Virus record (IMG/VR): IMGVR_UViG_3300025120_000311
Span: 1 to 30,845 of that record
Reading direction: 5' to 3' (one strand)
Source of the DNA: a virus
Taxonomy: Duplodnaviria > Caudoviricetes
DNA: 30,845 bases
Shown: in pieces, positions 1-10,068 of the stretch
How positions within the stretch are numbered: the first letter of the stretch is position 1
Layout of the letters: each line of letters begins with the position of its first letter
Made by a program: the position numbers and the translations under genes
Notes under the pieces: generated by a model
Seen by the model: the letters and a program-made list of their open reading frames with translations, nothing else
Told to the model about the DNA's origin: nothing
The model's database searches: none

Positions 1-2
1 TA

Positions 3-395
3 GAACTAGGCGAACAGGCCACGCCGTTTGAGCATCGGTCGGTTGCTGATGAGTTGGCTAGGTGTCAGAGGTATTTTCAAAATCCAATAAATGCCAATAA
101 CAGTGCTGTTTCAGGAGGGTGGAGAACATCAAGTCAGTGTCAGTTTGGTCTTCCTCTTGCCACTTCAATGAGGGCATCACCTACGATGACTCACAAAGCT
201 ACTACAGTTCATGGCCTCAACGGAGGCACAAATGATAATGGAACTGGATGCAATATTAACAACAGCGGAACTATCCAAACTTCTATATGGACAGCCCTGA
301 CGGTAGCAGGTACTCCGGGAACTTCAGGAGAGGCTGTTATAGTTGCTGGCAGAAACCAAACAGAGGATGGTATTTTCTTGGATGCGGAGTTGTAG
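3..395 (+). CDS. Tail fibre protein, C-terminal fragment (5' end outside window)
   Basis: The frame is open from position 3: ELGEQATPFEHRSVADELARCQRYF. This matches the 'LE.G..ATPFEHR....EL..CQRY' motif of marine phage tail fibres and is followed by a G/T/N-rich beta-type domain. The ORF-track start at 54 is internal. Confidence 0.8.
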   Translation, partial: ELGEQATPFEHRSVADELARCQRYFQNPINANNSAVSGGWRTSSQCQFGLPLATSMRASPTMTHKATTVHGLNGGTNDNGTGCNINNSGTIQTSIWTALTVAGTPGTSGEAVIVAGRNQTEDGIFLDAEL

Positions 396-397
396 TC

Positions 398-580
398 ATG
401 AATCAGATGAACATAACATCAGCACAATATTGGGCAGACGAAAACGGAAACAATGTTTCGGTAAGCGCAGTCATTGATGGCGAAACAATGTCTGTGCCTA
501 TGGACCCAAACAACCGCCACTACGCAGAAATCATGCGGCAGGTAGCTGCTGGAACTTTGACCATTGCAGATGCGGAGTAA
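398..580 (+). CDS. Small tail-fibre-associated protein (~60 aa)
   Basis: ATG at 398 lies 2 nt after the fibre stop, with GGAG upstream. The 'VPMDPNNRHYAEI' motif is typical of the small gene that follows this fibre type. The longer start at 287 overlaps the fibre gene and is rejected. Confidence 0.65.
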   Translation: MNQMNITSAQYWADENGNNVSVSAVIDGETMSVPMDPNNRHYAEIMRQVAAGTLTIADAE

Positions 581-583
581 TGA

Positions 584-2452
584 ATGCCGTTAAGCAAGTT
601 ACAATTCAAACCTGGAATCAACAGAGAGGGTACAAATTACTCTAACGAAGGTGGTTGGTTTGATGGTGACAAGATTCGTTATCGTAACGGCTATGTTGAG
701 CGCATAGGTGGTTGGATTCGTGTATCGGATAACAAGTTTATTGGTATAGCTCGTAAAATTTTTGATTTTGTTACTTTAGCTTCAGCTAATTTATTGTTTA
801 TAGGTACAGAACAAAAGGTCTTTCTTGAAGACTCCGGCGTATTTAATGACATTACTCCGATTCGATCTACATTGAGTCTTGGGTCAAATCCTGTAAACAC
901 AACCGGCGGTGCTGGCAGCGGTGTAGTTACCGTAACTACGCAATCAACACATGGCGCAACCACAGGCGACTTTGTTACACTTGCGGGTCTTGCAACTACT
1001 GATGGCGTTACGGCGGCGCAGTTAAATATTGAGCACAAAATTACAAGTGTACCAACCACCACCACATTTACTATTAGCACCGCAGGATCTGCTTCTTCTG
1101 GCAGTACAGCAGGTGGCGGATCGTCTGGTACTGCTGCTTTCCAGATCAACGTTGGTATAACAACTACGATTCTTGGTACGGGTTGGGGCGCAGGTACATG
1201 GGGTCGTTTTGAGTGGGGGTCTAGTTCTGGTGCTCTTGCAGGTATTACATTACGTCTTTGGGCCGCAGACAACTTTGGTGAAGATTTAATTTTTAATGTT
1301 ATGAATGGAGAGATTTTTTATTGGGACGCTACTAATGGTACGTCTACAAGAGCTGTATCTTTAACCAGCCTTACGGGAGCAAGCGATGTTCCTACAGTAG
1401 CTCGTAAAATTTTAGTGTCTGACGTTGATCGTCATTGTATTGCTTTTGGTACTAATGAAATAGGTTCAGCTGTTCAAGACCCACTTCTTATTAGGTTTTC
1501 TAGTCAGGAGTCTGTAGTTGATTGGACACCAAGAGCAACTAATACTGCTGGAGATTTACGTTTATCTAAAGGTAGCGAAATTATTACAGCAATCCAGACA
1601 AGTCGACAAATATTAGTTTGGACAGACCAAGCCTTGTACTCCATGCAATTCCTTGGACCACCGTTTACTTTCGGCGTTTCAATGCTTGGTGATAATATTC
1701 GTATTGCAGGACCAAATACAGTTGTAGGTGTAAATGACGTTGTATTTTGGATGGGTCAAGAAAATTTTTATGTTTACGATGGTCGGATACAAGCCATACC
1801 GTGTACCGTTCGTGATTACGTTTTTAACGATATGAATAATCAACAATCGTTTAAATTTCATGGTGGTTCGATTGCTAGTCAAACAGAAATTTGGTGGTAT
1901 TACTGTTCATCGGGGTCGACTGAAATTGATAGATACGTTGTTTATAATTATGGGCAACAAGTTTGGTATTACGGTACTTTAGTGCGAACAACTTGGAACG
2001 ATCGTGCAACAGGCTTGCGTAGTTTTCCCCAAGGTACAGGAACAGACTTTTATTTATATGACCATGAACGGGGTTTAGACGATTATAGTAGCGGTAGTGC
2101 TGCAGCAATTAATGCTTTTGTTGAGTCTTCTGATTTTGATATTGGAGACGGTAATCAATTTATGTTAGTCAATAGGATTATTCCTGATTTAAGTTTTAGT
2201 GGATCGTCTGCTACTAATCCTGCTGCTTTATTTACAATTCGTAGTAGAGATTTTGGAGGTGATAATTTTACTGAATCACCTTCAGATTCTGCGGTAAGAA
2301 CAGCTACGTCTCCTGTAGAGCAATACACAGATAAAATTGATCTTAGAGCACGTGGTCGACAAATGTCGATTAGAGTTGAAAACACTGGAATAGGAGTAAA
2401 TTGGCGGTTAGGCGCACCTCGAATAGATGTTCGTCCGGACGGTAGACGATGA
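584..2452 (+). CDS. Tail stabilisation/nozzle protein (P22 gp10-like), with an inserted T/G-rich FCCH-like domain
   Basis: 622 aa. N-terminus MPLSKLQFKPGINREGTNYSNEGGWFDGDKIRYR and C-terminus RGRQMSIRVE...WRLGAPRIDVRPDGRR match the conserved marine podovirus stabilisation protein. The insert is 'VTVTTQSTHGATTGDFVTLAG'. It sits between the fibre and the ejection genes. Confidence 0.75.
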   Translation: MPLSKLQFKPGINREGTNYSNEGGWFDGDKIRYRNGYVERIGGWIRVSDNKFIGIARKIFDFVTLASANLLFIGTEQKVFLEDSGVFNDITPIRSTLSLGSNPVNTTGGAGSGVVTVTTQSTHGATTGDFVTLAGLATTDGVTAAQLNIEHKITSVPTTTTFTISTAGSASSGSTAGGGSSGTAAFQINVGITTTILGTGWGAGTWGRFEWGSSSGALAGITLRLWAADNFGEDLIFNVMNGEIFYWDATNGTSTRAVSLTSLTGASDVPTVARKILVSDVDRHCIAFGTNEIGSAVQDPLLIRFSSQESVVDWTPRATNTAGDLRLSKGSEIITAIQTSRQILVWTDQALYSMQFLGPPFTFGVSMLGDNIRIAGPNTVVGVNDVVFWMGQENFYVYDGRIQAIPCTVRDYVFNDMNNQQSFKFHGGSIASQTEIWWYYCSSGSTEIDRYVVYNYGQQVWYYGTLVRTTWNDRATGLRSFPQGTGTDFYLYDHERGLDDYSSGSAAAINAFVESSDFDIGDGNQFMLVNRIIPDLSFSGSSATNPAALFTIRSRDFGGDNFTESPSDSAVRTATSPVEQYTDKIDLRARGRQMSIRVENTGIGVNWRLGAPRIDVRPDGRR

Positions 2453-2736
2453 CTAAAAAAGTTGTACGACCAATACTACCGATCGCTCCTGATCAATATG
2501 ATCCTGTTTACATTAATCAACTAGCTCGCGCTTTAGATCGAGTAATAGATGAAATTCGTGATGCAAAAGTTAATTTTCAAGGTATTTCTAGTTCAGGCGC
2601 GGCAAATATTTTGGAAAACGGAGATTTTTATATCGGGGAAGCAGGGTTTTTAAGGGTAGTTGCGACTACGGATATATTTTCTGGCAGTGTAAGAGCAACA
2701 ACTTCAGTTGGAACAGTGACGGTGACTATTTCTTAA
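2449..2736 (+). CDS. Small virion structural protein
   Basis: ATGA overlap with the upstream gene. The 'LPIAPDQYDPVYINQL' motif is typical of the gene following the stabilisation protein. Confidence 0.6.
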   Translation: MTKKVVRPILPIAPDQYDPVYINQLARALDRVIDEIRDAKVNFQGISSSGAANILENGDFYIGEAGFLRVVATTDIFSGSVRATTSVGTVTVTIS

Positions 2737-2742
2737 CAACAG

Positions 2743-2771
2743 TTGCGTCATAATTAAGAAAGAGGTATCTT
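2743..2771 (+). promoter_or_regulatory. Putative sigma70-type promoter TTGCGT-N17-TATCTT
   Basis: Near-consensus hexamers with a 17-nt spacer in the only sizeable intergenic gap of the structural block, upstream of the internal virion genes. Confidence 0.4.
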
Positions 2772-2783
2772 TCTAAAAAGGTG

Positions 2784-3860
2784 ATGAATATGCAGCAAAC
2801 TGCTCAATATGAAAATATAGCTAAAGGTTTAGCTTCTCTCGGTCGCTATGAGGACAATTATATTGTTCACGCGGCGGAAGGTGAGACGGTAGTTCCTGCT
2901 GAAGTTTTAGAAGCAAACCCTAAATTAAAAAATAGTTTATTTAAACAAATGAAGGCTGTTGGGATTACAAACCCCGAGCGTTATATTGTTGGCAACGAAC
3001 TAAATTCAATTAACCCCGATACAGGACAACCTGAGTTTTTCTTTAAATCTTTAGGAAAAACCCTTAAAAAAGCTGCACCTATGATTGGTTCTATTGTAGG
3101 TTTTGCAGTAGGTGGTCCTGCAGGAGCCGCTATAGGTGGTGGTATCGGAGGGTTAGCTGCTGGTCAATCACCTGAACAAGCTCTTCTTACAGCAGGTATG
3201 AGTTTTGCAGGAGCAAAGTTTCTTGGTCCAGGATTAGATAGCGGTATAGCCGCCGCTGGGGGCGGTGCGCCTACTTTAGGTAGCTTAACAGGTAACGCCG
3301 CCGCAGGAGCCTTACCACAGGCCGCAGGAACTGGGATTATGGGACAACTAGCCGCTGTACCCGCAGGAACAGCGGCGGCGTTAGCTTTATCTCCCGCTAT
3401 TAGTGGAATGTTTACAGACGCTATGAAACCAGATGAAGTAGCTATCCCAGATAGACGCAGTATTGTAGATCAATATTATGCTGCTTTAGCTAGAGGTGAA
3501 AATCCTCCTTTGCCAGATGAATTAACGCCTCCGCCGCAAAGTTCCTTGTTTGGTTTAGAACAAAAAATATCGTCTTCTAATCCTGCTGATTATGTAACTA
3601 ATTACCAGCCGTTCCAACGTGATCCGCTTGGACGCCCTATGTTTAGGCGAGCCGCTTACGGTGGTTATATTACAGGTCCAGGAGGACCAAGAGATGATAA
3701 AATTCCAACGTTACTTTCTAATACAGAATTTGTTCAAACGGGCAAAGCGGTAGCGGGGGCGGATCCGACTGGGCAAAATAACCCTGACCGTGGTGCAAAA
3801 ACTATGATGGGGATTATGAGAGCGTTCGAGCGTAAAGCTGATGCTAACGCAAAAGCGTAG
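2784..3860 (+). CDS. Internal virion/ejection protein
   Basis: Motifs GRYEDNYIVHAAEGETVVP and SINPDTGQPEFF, a Gly/Ala-rich hydrophobic segment, and C-terminal GGYITGPGGPRDDKIPTLLSNTEFV. The start could be 2781, 2784 or 2790 (AGGTGA RBS favours 2790). Confidence 0.65.
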   Translation: MNMQQTAQYENIAKGLASLGRYEDNYIVHAAEGETVVPAEVLEANPKLKNSLFKQMKAVGITNPERYIVGNELNSINPDTGQPEFFFKSLGKTLKKAAPMIGSIVGFAVGGPAGAAIGGGIGGLAAGQSPEQALLTAGMSFAGAKFLGPGLDSGIAAAGGGAPTLGSLTGNAAAGALPQAAGTGIMGQLAAVPAGTAAALALSPAISGMFTDAMKPDEVAIPDRRSIVDQYYAALARGENPPLPDELTPPPQSSLFGLEQKISSSNPADYVTNYQPFQRDPLGRPMFRRAAYGGYITGPGGPRDDKIPTLLSNTEFVQTGKAVAGADPTGQNNPDRGAKTMMGIMRAFERKADANAKA

Positions 3861-3869
3861 GAGCAATTT

Positions 3870-4757
3870 ATGACTACACAAACAGTAGAAAACATCACCC
3901 GCCTTGCTCCTTTTATGGAGGATTATACTCGTAAGCTCCTTGAATCGGGTTATCAGCGAGTTCAGACGCCTCAAAACGTTCCTAATATACAAGTTGCAGG
4001 ACTAACTCCAGAACAGATTCAAGCTGGTCAATTAGCTAATCAAGGTGTTGGTGCATATAGTCCTTTTATACAATCTGCGACAAACTTGACTACGCAGGGT
4101 GCTGGAATACTTGCAGACCCAACGGCTTATCGCCAATTTATGAGTCCTTATACGCAAGATGTTATTGACCAAGTTGGTCAAGATATCGAACGTAATCGTC
4201 AAATTCAAGCGCAAGGTATTGCAGGAAACGCTGTTTCCCAAGGAGCTTTTGGTGGGTCTCGTGAACGTCTTGCACAAACGGAATTAGCAGGAGCCGCTGG
4301 TCGGCAATTCGCAGATACGTCGGCTAAATTACGTGAGGCTGGGTATCAATCTGCACTTGGTCAACAACAACGAGTCGCTCAAGGGTTAGGTCAGTTCGGT
4401 GGACAAATGGCTGGATTAGGTGCACAGCAACAACAACTTGGTCAGCAAGATATTTCTAACCTCCTTGGTATTGGTTCTCTTTACCAGCAACAAGCACAAG
4501 GTGTTGCGGATGCTCAGCGAGCTACTGCGCTTCAACAATCTTATGAACCGTACCAGCGGTTAGGCTTCTTTAGTGATCTAATTCGCGGTGTTCCGACTAC
4601 TCAGTCTTCGCTTTCTATAGGAACATCACCTACTCAAAGTCCATTAAGCCAGATCGCAGGTATTGCTGCAACGGGTCTAGGATTAGCTGGTCAATTAGGT
4701 TATCGCCCACAAGCATTTGGTGGGCCTGGATTAAATCTTGGTGGAGGAACTCCATAA
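3870..4757 (+). CDS. Gln/Gly-rich DNA pilot/ejection protein
   Basis: Q-rich helical protein with 'FMSPYTQDVID' and 'GAFGGSR' motifs. AGGAG RBS. Lies within the internal virion gene run. Confidence 0.65.
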   Translation: MTTQTVENITRLAPFMEDYTRKLLESGYQRVQTPQNVPNIQVAGLTPEQIQAGQLANQGVGAYSPFIQSATNLTTQGAGILADPTAYRQFMSPYTQDVIDQVGQDIERNRQIQAQGIAGNAVSQGAFGGSRERLAQTELAGAAGRQFADTSAKLREAGYQSALGQQQRVAQGLGQFGGQMAGLGAQQQQLGQQDISNLLGIGSLYQQQAQGVADAQRATALQQSYEPYQRLGFFSDLIRGVPTTQSSLSIGTSPTQSPLSQIAGIAATGLGLAGQLGYRPQAFGGPGLNLGGGTP

Positions 4758-7111
4758 TGGCTCTTGATCCTCAGACCTTGACTCCTGCAGCTGCAAAATC
4801 TTTGTTTTTGCAACAAACTGCACCGCGTGTAGGTTTTCCGCAAAATACTTCAGGAATGAGTATGCCTCAAATTGATGCGGGAAGAGGCATGAGTTTGGGT
4901 ATGTTTCCTGAAACTACGCAGAACCAGTTGCTTAGTGATGAAGCTGCAAAAGATGTAGGCCAACAAATATTCGGTCCAAGGTTAGATAACGCTGATCCCG
5001 ACAAACTTATGACTATGGCGACAGACGATAATAGTAAAGTCGACCCTAGTGTACAAGGTATTCATAATGAAAATCCTGAAATAGCAAAAATTTTAGGGGC
5101 TGTTGTAAAACTTCAAAACGACACTTCGTCTACTCAACTTTTAGCAAGTTTAGTTGGTGAAAAAACAACACCCGAAGCCGCAAAAGCTGAAGTTCAAAAG
5201 TTTTTCGATCTAAAGAAAGACGATGAAGTTCCTGTATGGGCAGACGTTGCTTTAACTATTGGTCTAGATTTGCTTGATCCTAAAACAAGCACAGGGTCGT
5301 TTTTAGGTGATATAGGTGGAGCAGGTAAAAAAGGTTTAGCTGCCGGTAAAGCGCGAGGAAAAGAAGCACGTGCGCGGTCTGACATGATGGATAAACTAGC
5401 TTTCGGTATTTTCCGAGAGGATGAAAAATCACGTAAAACATTAGGTGTTCAGCTCGCAGGTCAACTTGCTAAACAAAAAACTGACTCACTTAGTTTAGCG
5501 ATGGATCTTGCTAAATTTTTTCAAGCAGAAGAAAAAATTTCTGACGCAGAAGCTAAAGCTAGGTCAACAGCGATTACATCTTCGATTAATACTTTGACTT
5601 CTGATCAAAAAGAAAAAGCGTTACCGATTATCGCTCGTTTTCCTAATGCGTTTAAAGGCGTTTCTGTTGATCAAGTACCTTCGACTTTTTACGCCTTGTT
5701 AAAAAACAACGGTCTAAAACTAGATAATATTTCTGATGCGTCGAATATTGTAGAATCTACTTTTACTATTTCTGATGAAGCTACTTATAATCGTTATAAG
5801 ACCGCCTTTCCAACCGCTTTCCCAGAGGCTTTTGTAGTTGGTAAGGAATATAAAGTACAAGGGTTTAGTGATAAATCTAAACCAGCTACCGAACTAGCAA
5901 TGACGAATGTTTTAAGCGTAGATAAATCTATAGGTGGTCAAGACGAGCTTAGTCGGCAATTCACAGCTAGAGCTGAACTAATTACAGCAAGAAACGCAAT
6001 TACTAACACAGATAGTGATGAATATAAACGAATAGTTAATGAATTAAATGAAGTTGAAGGGCGGATTGATATACTATCAGAACGCAAATCTCCTCAAAGC
6101 TATGTTTTCGTAGAAGGACGCATGGTGGCTGCAGGTGAAGGTGCGGCAGGAGCATTTACTGCTGCTGATGCAGCTAGTAAAGCTGTAACACTTTCTAAAC
6201 AAGGAGATAGTCTCGCAGCCGCTTTTGGTCTTGGTGACAATATTTTAAGATCTTTATCTAATACTCCCGCCCCTGCGGATTCGGTAGGTGTTGTTGCGCA
6301 ATTTGGTAAATTTATCGGTGGGGCTAAAGGACAGCTAGATGCTGTAACTGGAGCCTTTGGCGAACGGGCTTCCGATAACGCTGGTAATTATGCTAGTGGC
6401 GTTATTACGCCGTCTATGTTGGGTAGTACACAAAGAATCGGTAACACCACAGTCGGCAAAGTCTTTACTAATTTGCAAAGTCTTGCTCAAGGAAATGCTG
6501 AAGTACAAAGTCAATTAATGAGTTTTGCTTACGCTTTAGCGGGTAGCCGTGAAACAGGTAAGCTAACGGATAAAGACGTGGCAGCGGCTCTTGTTACTTT
6601 TGGTGGCGGTGATATAGCAGAAGGTAAATGGTTTGCTAATGCAGATATGTTGATTACGGGTATTAACCAAGCTCTCGATACAGCAACTAATGCTTATGCG
6701 ATTAGTTTTGATAGTGTTCATCAGTCTCCCGCGAATATAAAATATTTAAGAGATGTTGAAAAGTTAAGTGACGATGAGATTGCTAATAAAACTAAATTTA
6801 ATTTACCTAGTTTTTTAAAAAATAATGAGGGAATTCGAACTGGTCTTGCTGATCGGGTTGGGTTAGTTAACGGTCGAATTAAATTCCAATCAGTAGACGC
6901 TTATCGTGGGGATGGCGCAGGTAACGTTGATGGACAACCAACATATTCAGCAAGAGAACTTAGTTTTATTGACGTTCTTAACGATGCGGCGAGACGTTCA
7001 CAACTCGATCCGTCAGACCCTTCATACATTACACCTAATCAATTAGACGTTATTATAAACACAGTTCCTGCCGATATTTTAGATAAATTTAAACAACAGG
7101 CGACACCCTAA
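4757..7111 (+). CDS. Large internal virion (ejection) protein
   Basis: 784 aa, Ala/Asp/Lys-rich, no Cys, TAATG coupling at both ends. The position fits a podoviral ejectosome gene. No catalytic motif recognised. Confidence 0.55.
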   Translation: MALDPQTLTPAAAKSLFLQQTAPRVGFPQNTSGMSMPQIDAGRGMSLGMFPETTQNQLLSDEAAKDVGQQIFGPRLDNADPDKLMTMATDDNSKVDPSVQGIHNENPEIAKILGAVVKLQNDTSSTQLLASLVGEKTTPEAAKAEVQKFFDLKKDDEVPVWADVALTIGLDLLDPKTSTGSFLGDIGGAGKKGLAAGKARGKEARARSDMMDKLAFGIFREDEKSRKTLGVQLAGQLAKQKTDSLSLAMDLAKFFQAEEKISDAEAKARSTAITSSINTLTSDQKEKALPIIARFPNAFKGVSVDQVPSTFYALLKNNGLKLDNISDASNIVESTFTISDEATYNRYKTAFPTAFPEAFVVGKEYKVQGFSDKSKPATELAMTNVLSVDKSIGGQDELSRQFTARAELITARNAITNTDSDEYKRIVNELNEVEGRIDILSERKSPQSYVFVEGRMVAAGEGAAGAFTAADAASKAVTLSKQGDSLAAAFGLGDNILRSLSNTPAPADSVGVVAQFGKFIGGAKGQLDAVTGAFGERASDNAGNYASGVITPSMLGSTQRIGNTTVGKVFTNLQSLAQGNAEVQSQLMSFAYALAGSRETGKLTDKDVAAALVTFGGGDIAEGKWFANADMLITGINQALDTATNAYAISFDSVHQSPANIKYLRDVEKLSDDEIANKTKFNLPSFLKNNEGIRTGLADRVGLVNGRIKFQSVDAYRGDGAGNVDGQPTYSARELSFIDVLNDAARRSQLDPSDPSYITPNQLDVIINTVPADILDKFKQQATP

Positions 7112-10065
7112 TGGCAGAAGATGATGTAGTTAATCTTGATCCTTTGATTTTACAAAGGCTTTCGCAGTCGTCGGCTAATGCAGCTTCGACCTCTGCTCTT
7201 CCTACAGCTACGCCTCCTGTTCAAACTAGGCCACCTTCTTTTAATGCACTACCTGATATTGGTTCAAATATTGCTGATTATTTATCCAAATCTTTCCTCG
7301 GCGATTACGGAGATGAACCTGAATTAAGAAGCACCGCTCAACAAGTAGCTCAAGAAGGAATACTTAACGAAGGATTACCTACGCTGTTGCGTGCACAATT
7401 AAGTACGACAACTCTTTTTGATCCAGAGCTTCAAAAGAAAAATGTAGAGCATAACTTAAAACGTTATTTTACTGGTGAAGGTCTTGTTAACGAAGACTAT
7501 GATTTTGGTCTTCGTGTTGGTCCTGTTAGTAATAAACTAGAATTTAAAGATCCAAGGTTCGATGGGAAGTATAACCTTATCGACCCTTATGCGACTCTTG
7601 ATAACGTTTTAGATCTTCCTGGAGATTTAGCTGATATATCCGCAGATACTTTATTGCCTATTGCAACTGAAGTAACTGCTGGTGTTTTAGCTGCAAGCAT
7701 TCCAGGAGTTGGTCAAACAGGTGTACCTTCTATTATTGCATCGTCATTAGCTGCAGGGGCGACTTCATTAGCTCGTTTAAGATTTGCTCAAAGTATGGGG
7801 TATTTACCTGAAGACATAACTGACGAACAAATTTTAGGTCAGGCTTTTGAAGAAGCAAAATGGTCAGGAGCCTTTGGTGTTGGGGGCGCATTAGCTTTTA
7901 AAATGTTTGCCCCTGTTCTTAGGGGTATTGGGTTAGCAAACCCAAAATTTAATTTTGATATTGATGAAGCTACGTTTTTGCGAGCTTATGAAAAATATGT
8001 TACCTCTCCGGCTGGTAAAGCAGCGGCTGAAAAAGGGATAACTCCTTCCTCAGCGCAAGTATTAGAAGCAGCAGCCAAAGACGCTACTAATGTAGGTGAT
8101 GCAGCAGCGATGCAAGCATCAGCTACAGAGCTTGCTGAACGCGAAGCAAGTGTAATTACTTCGCCCTCTCGAGAAACGGCAGAAGGGATATTAACCCCTA
8201 GTCGAACAGCGGCGTTAACTGCTGAAAGAGCTGTAAAAGAAGCTGCAACTGAACCCCCTATGCCCGTAGGCGTAGAAGGCACAGCTGCGAAAGCAGGTGA
8301 AGTAGAACGTTTACGTTTAGGCGAAAATATTCAAACTGAAGCGGCGATCCGATTAGAAACGCAAACTAGACAAACTCAAGAGATTATTGATAATTCGCTT
8401 TCTAACGTACAAACAGCAATCGACGATGCAGTTAATCTACCATCTAGCGTAGCAGACGCCTCGTCTATAGGTGCTGCTGCTAGAGACGCTATTGGTGATT
8501 CTTATGCAATTGCTAGTACGGCTATCGGAAAACAATACGAAGATTTATTTAGTCGTTGGTCTGCAGCAACTGGGGTTGATATCAACTCTGTTGTTATCGG
8601 TAAGGGCGGTATAAAACCTACTGAAGCTGTAAACTTTGCCCTTGATATAAGAAAAACACTACCTGATCGACCTTTTGCAAGTCCACAAGATACTCAAGTT
8701 ATAAATAGAGTTCTTGATTCTTTTTTAGAAAGTCAATCTGGCGCGGCTATCAAAGTAAAACCTGTTTCTCTTCGTACCCTTAACGAAAATATTCGTGACC
8801 TAAGACGACTAGAACGTAAGGCGTTTAATGCCGCTCAAAGAGGCGAAGACGCACCTAGCCCTGAAACTATCTCAGGAATGGTTGACGCATTAGAAACGGC
8901 ACGAACTCGAATTCTTTCTCGTAAAGATGCTCCCGCAGGAATGGCTGATGAACTGCGTGCACTAGACGATAGTTTTGCTGATTTTTCTGCTCGGTTTAGA
9001 AATACAACAAAGTCCGCAGTCGCTAAATTGCGTAATGCTAAAAACCCAGAAGCGGCGTGGAACTTATTATTTCAACCTGACCGTACAGGAAAAACCGCTG
9101 TCTTAGATATTGCTTCTGAACTTAATACTCCTGCTAACGCCGATTTATTTGCAGATGTAGGTGCAACTATCCGTAAAAAATGGCAGGACACAGTAGTAAA
9201 AAAAGATAGCCGTGGTCAAATACAAAAAATAGATGTTGTCGCCCATAATCGTTTTATAGAAACTTACGGTACGGCAATGGATACTTATTTAACTCAAGCT
9301 GAAAGAAATGCGTTAGGTTCAGCTACAGAATTTTCTGAACAAGTGCTTCAGATTCAAGCACGACAAAAAGCTACTCTAGCTAAAATCAATGATAAATTTG
9401 ATCTCGGGGGTGGTAAAGCTCTTGAGCCAGAAACTATATTTGAAAATACATGGAAAGCTGATCGGTTTGCTAAATTCGATCAAGTTTATTCGTTACTACG
9501 AGAATCTCCCGATCTTTTAGATACATTTAAAGCGTTCGTTTATAAAGATATGTGGGATCCTGCGGCGGGTAGGGTAAAGACTGTTAACGGTCGAGAAGTC
9601 GTAGATCCTGCTGCAATGCGCGAATATATAGACGGTAATAAAGATAAGATGACGACACTTTTTGGCGCGGATTATGTAAATAATCTTCGCACTGTTGTTG
9701 ACGCTACAGAAGTAGCTCTTACAGAAGTTCCAAAACGAGGAGCACGTCAAGAAGGAAATATGTTAACAGGTCTTATTCGGGGCTATGTTGGTATGTTTAC
9801 GCGTCCTGGTCGTTTTTTGACAGCTTTTAACAAAATTCGAGGAAACGTAAAACAAGATGCTTTAACAATCGCTCTTTCTGACCCAAGGGCTATGGCAGAG
9901 TTAGCTAAATTATCTAAAAAATCAATATTCGCCGCTGAAGTAGAAAAAACATTAGGTCGAGTTTTATTAGGTCGTTACGACTACCCTGATGATAGAGGTT
10001 TACCTGTCGATAAACCGAATGCTGCGAGAGCTATTTTACAAGAACTTGAAGCAGGGAACAGATGA
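7111..10065 (+). CDS. Large internal virion (ejection) protein
   Basis: 984 aa, Ala-rich helical, no Cys, with N-proximal hydrophobic Gly/Ala segments. Last gene of the virion block before the lysis genes. Confidence 0.55.
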   Translation: MAEDDVVNLDPLILQRLSQSSANAASTSALPTATPPVQTRPPSFNALPDIGSNIADYLSKSFLGDYGDEPELRSTAQQVAQEGILNEGLPTLLRAQLSTTTLFDPELQKKNVEHNLKRYFTGEGLVNEDYDFGLRVGPVSNKLEFKDPRFDGKYNLIDPYATLDNVLDLPGDLADISADTLLPIATEVTAGVLAASIPGVGQTGVPSIIASSLAAGATSLARLRFAQSMGYLPEDITDEQILGQAFEEAKWSGAFGVGGALAFKMFAPVLRGIGLANPKFNFDIDEATFLRAYEKYVTSPAGKAAAEKGITPSSAQVLEAAAKDATNVGDAAAMQASATELAEREASVITSPSRETAEGILTPSRTAALTAERAVKEAATEPPMPVGVEGTAAKAGEVERLRLGENIQTEAAIRLETQTRQTQEIIDNSLSNVQTAIDDAVNLPSSVADASSIGAAARDAIGDSYAIASTAIGKQYEDLFSRWSAATGVDINSVVIGKGGIKPTEAVNFALDIRKTLPDRPFASPQDTQVINRVLDSFLESQSGAAIKVKPVSLRTLNENIRDLRRLERKAFNAAQRGEDAPSPETISGMVDALETARTRILSRKDAPAGMADELRALDDSFADFSARFRNTTKSAVAKLRNAKNPEAAWNLLFQPDRTGKTAVLDIASELNTPANADLFADVGATIRKKWQDTVVKKDSRGQIQKIDVVAHNRFIETYGTAMDTYLTQAERNALGSATEFSEQVLQIQARQKATLAKINDKFDLGGGKALEPETIFENTWKADRFAKFDQVYSLLRESPDLLDTFKAFVYKDMWDPAAGRVKTVNGREVVDPAAMREYIDGNKDKMTTLFGADYVNNLRTVVDATEVALTEVPKRGARQEGNMLTGLIRGYVGMFTRPGRFLTAFNKIRGNVKQDALTIALSDPRAMAELAKLSKKSIFAAEVEKTLGRVLLGRYDYPDDRGLPVDKPNAARAILQELEAGNR

Positions 10066-10068
10066 CGC

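Noticed and set aside
3-395. Diversity-generating retroelement target in the tail fibre C-terminus
   Set aside because: No reverse transcriptase and no template-repeat copy is visible in the window.
691-1272. 193-aa minus-strand ORF, and other antisense or alternate-frame ORFs in the track (e.g. 7986-8282, 14847-15425, 21379-21672)
   Set aside because: They are shadows of well-supported genes, with no RBS or protein-like motifs.
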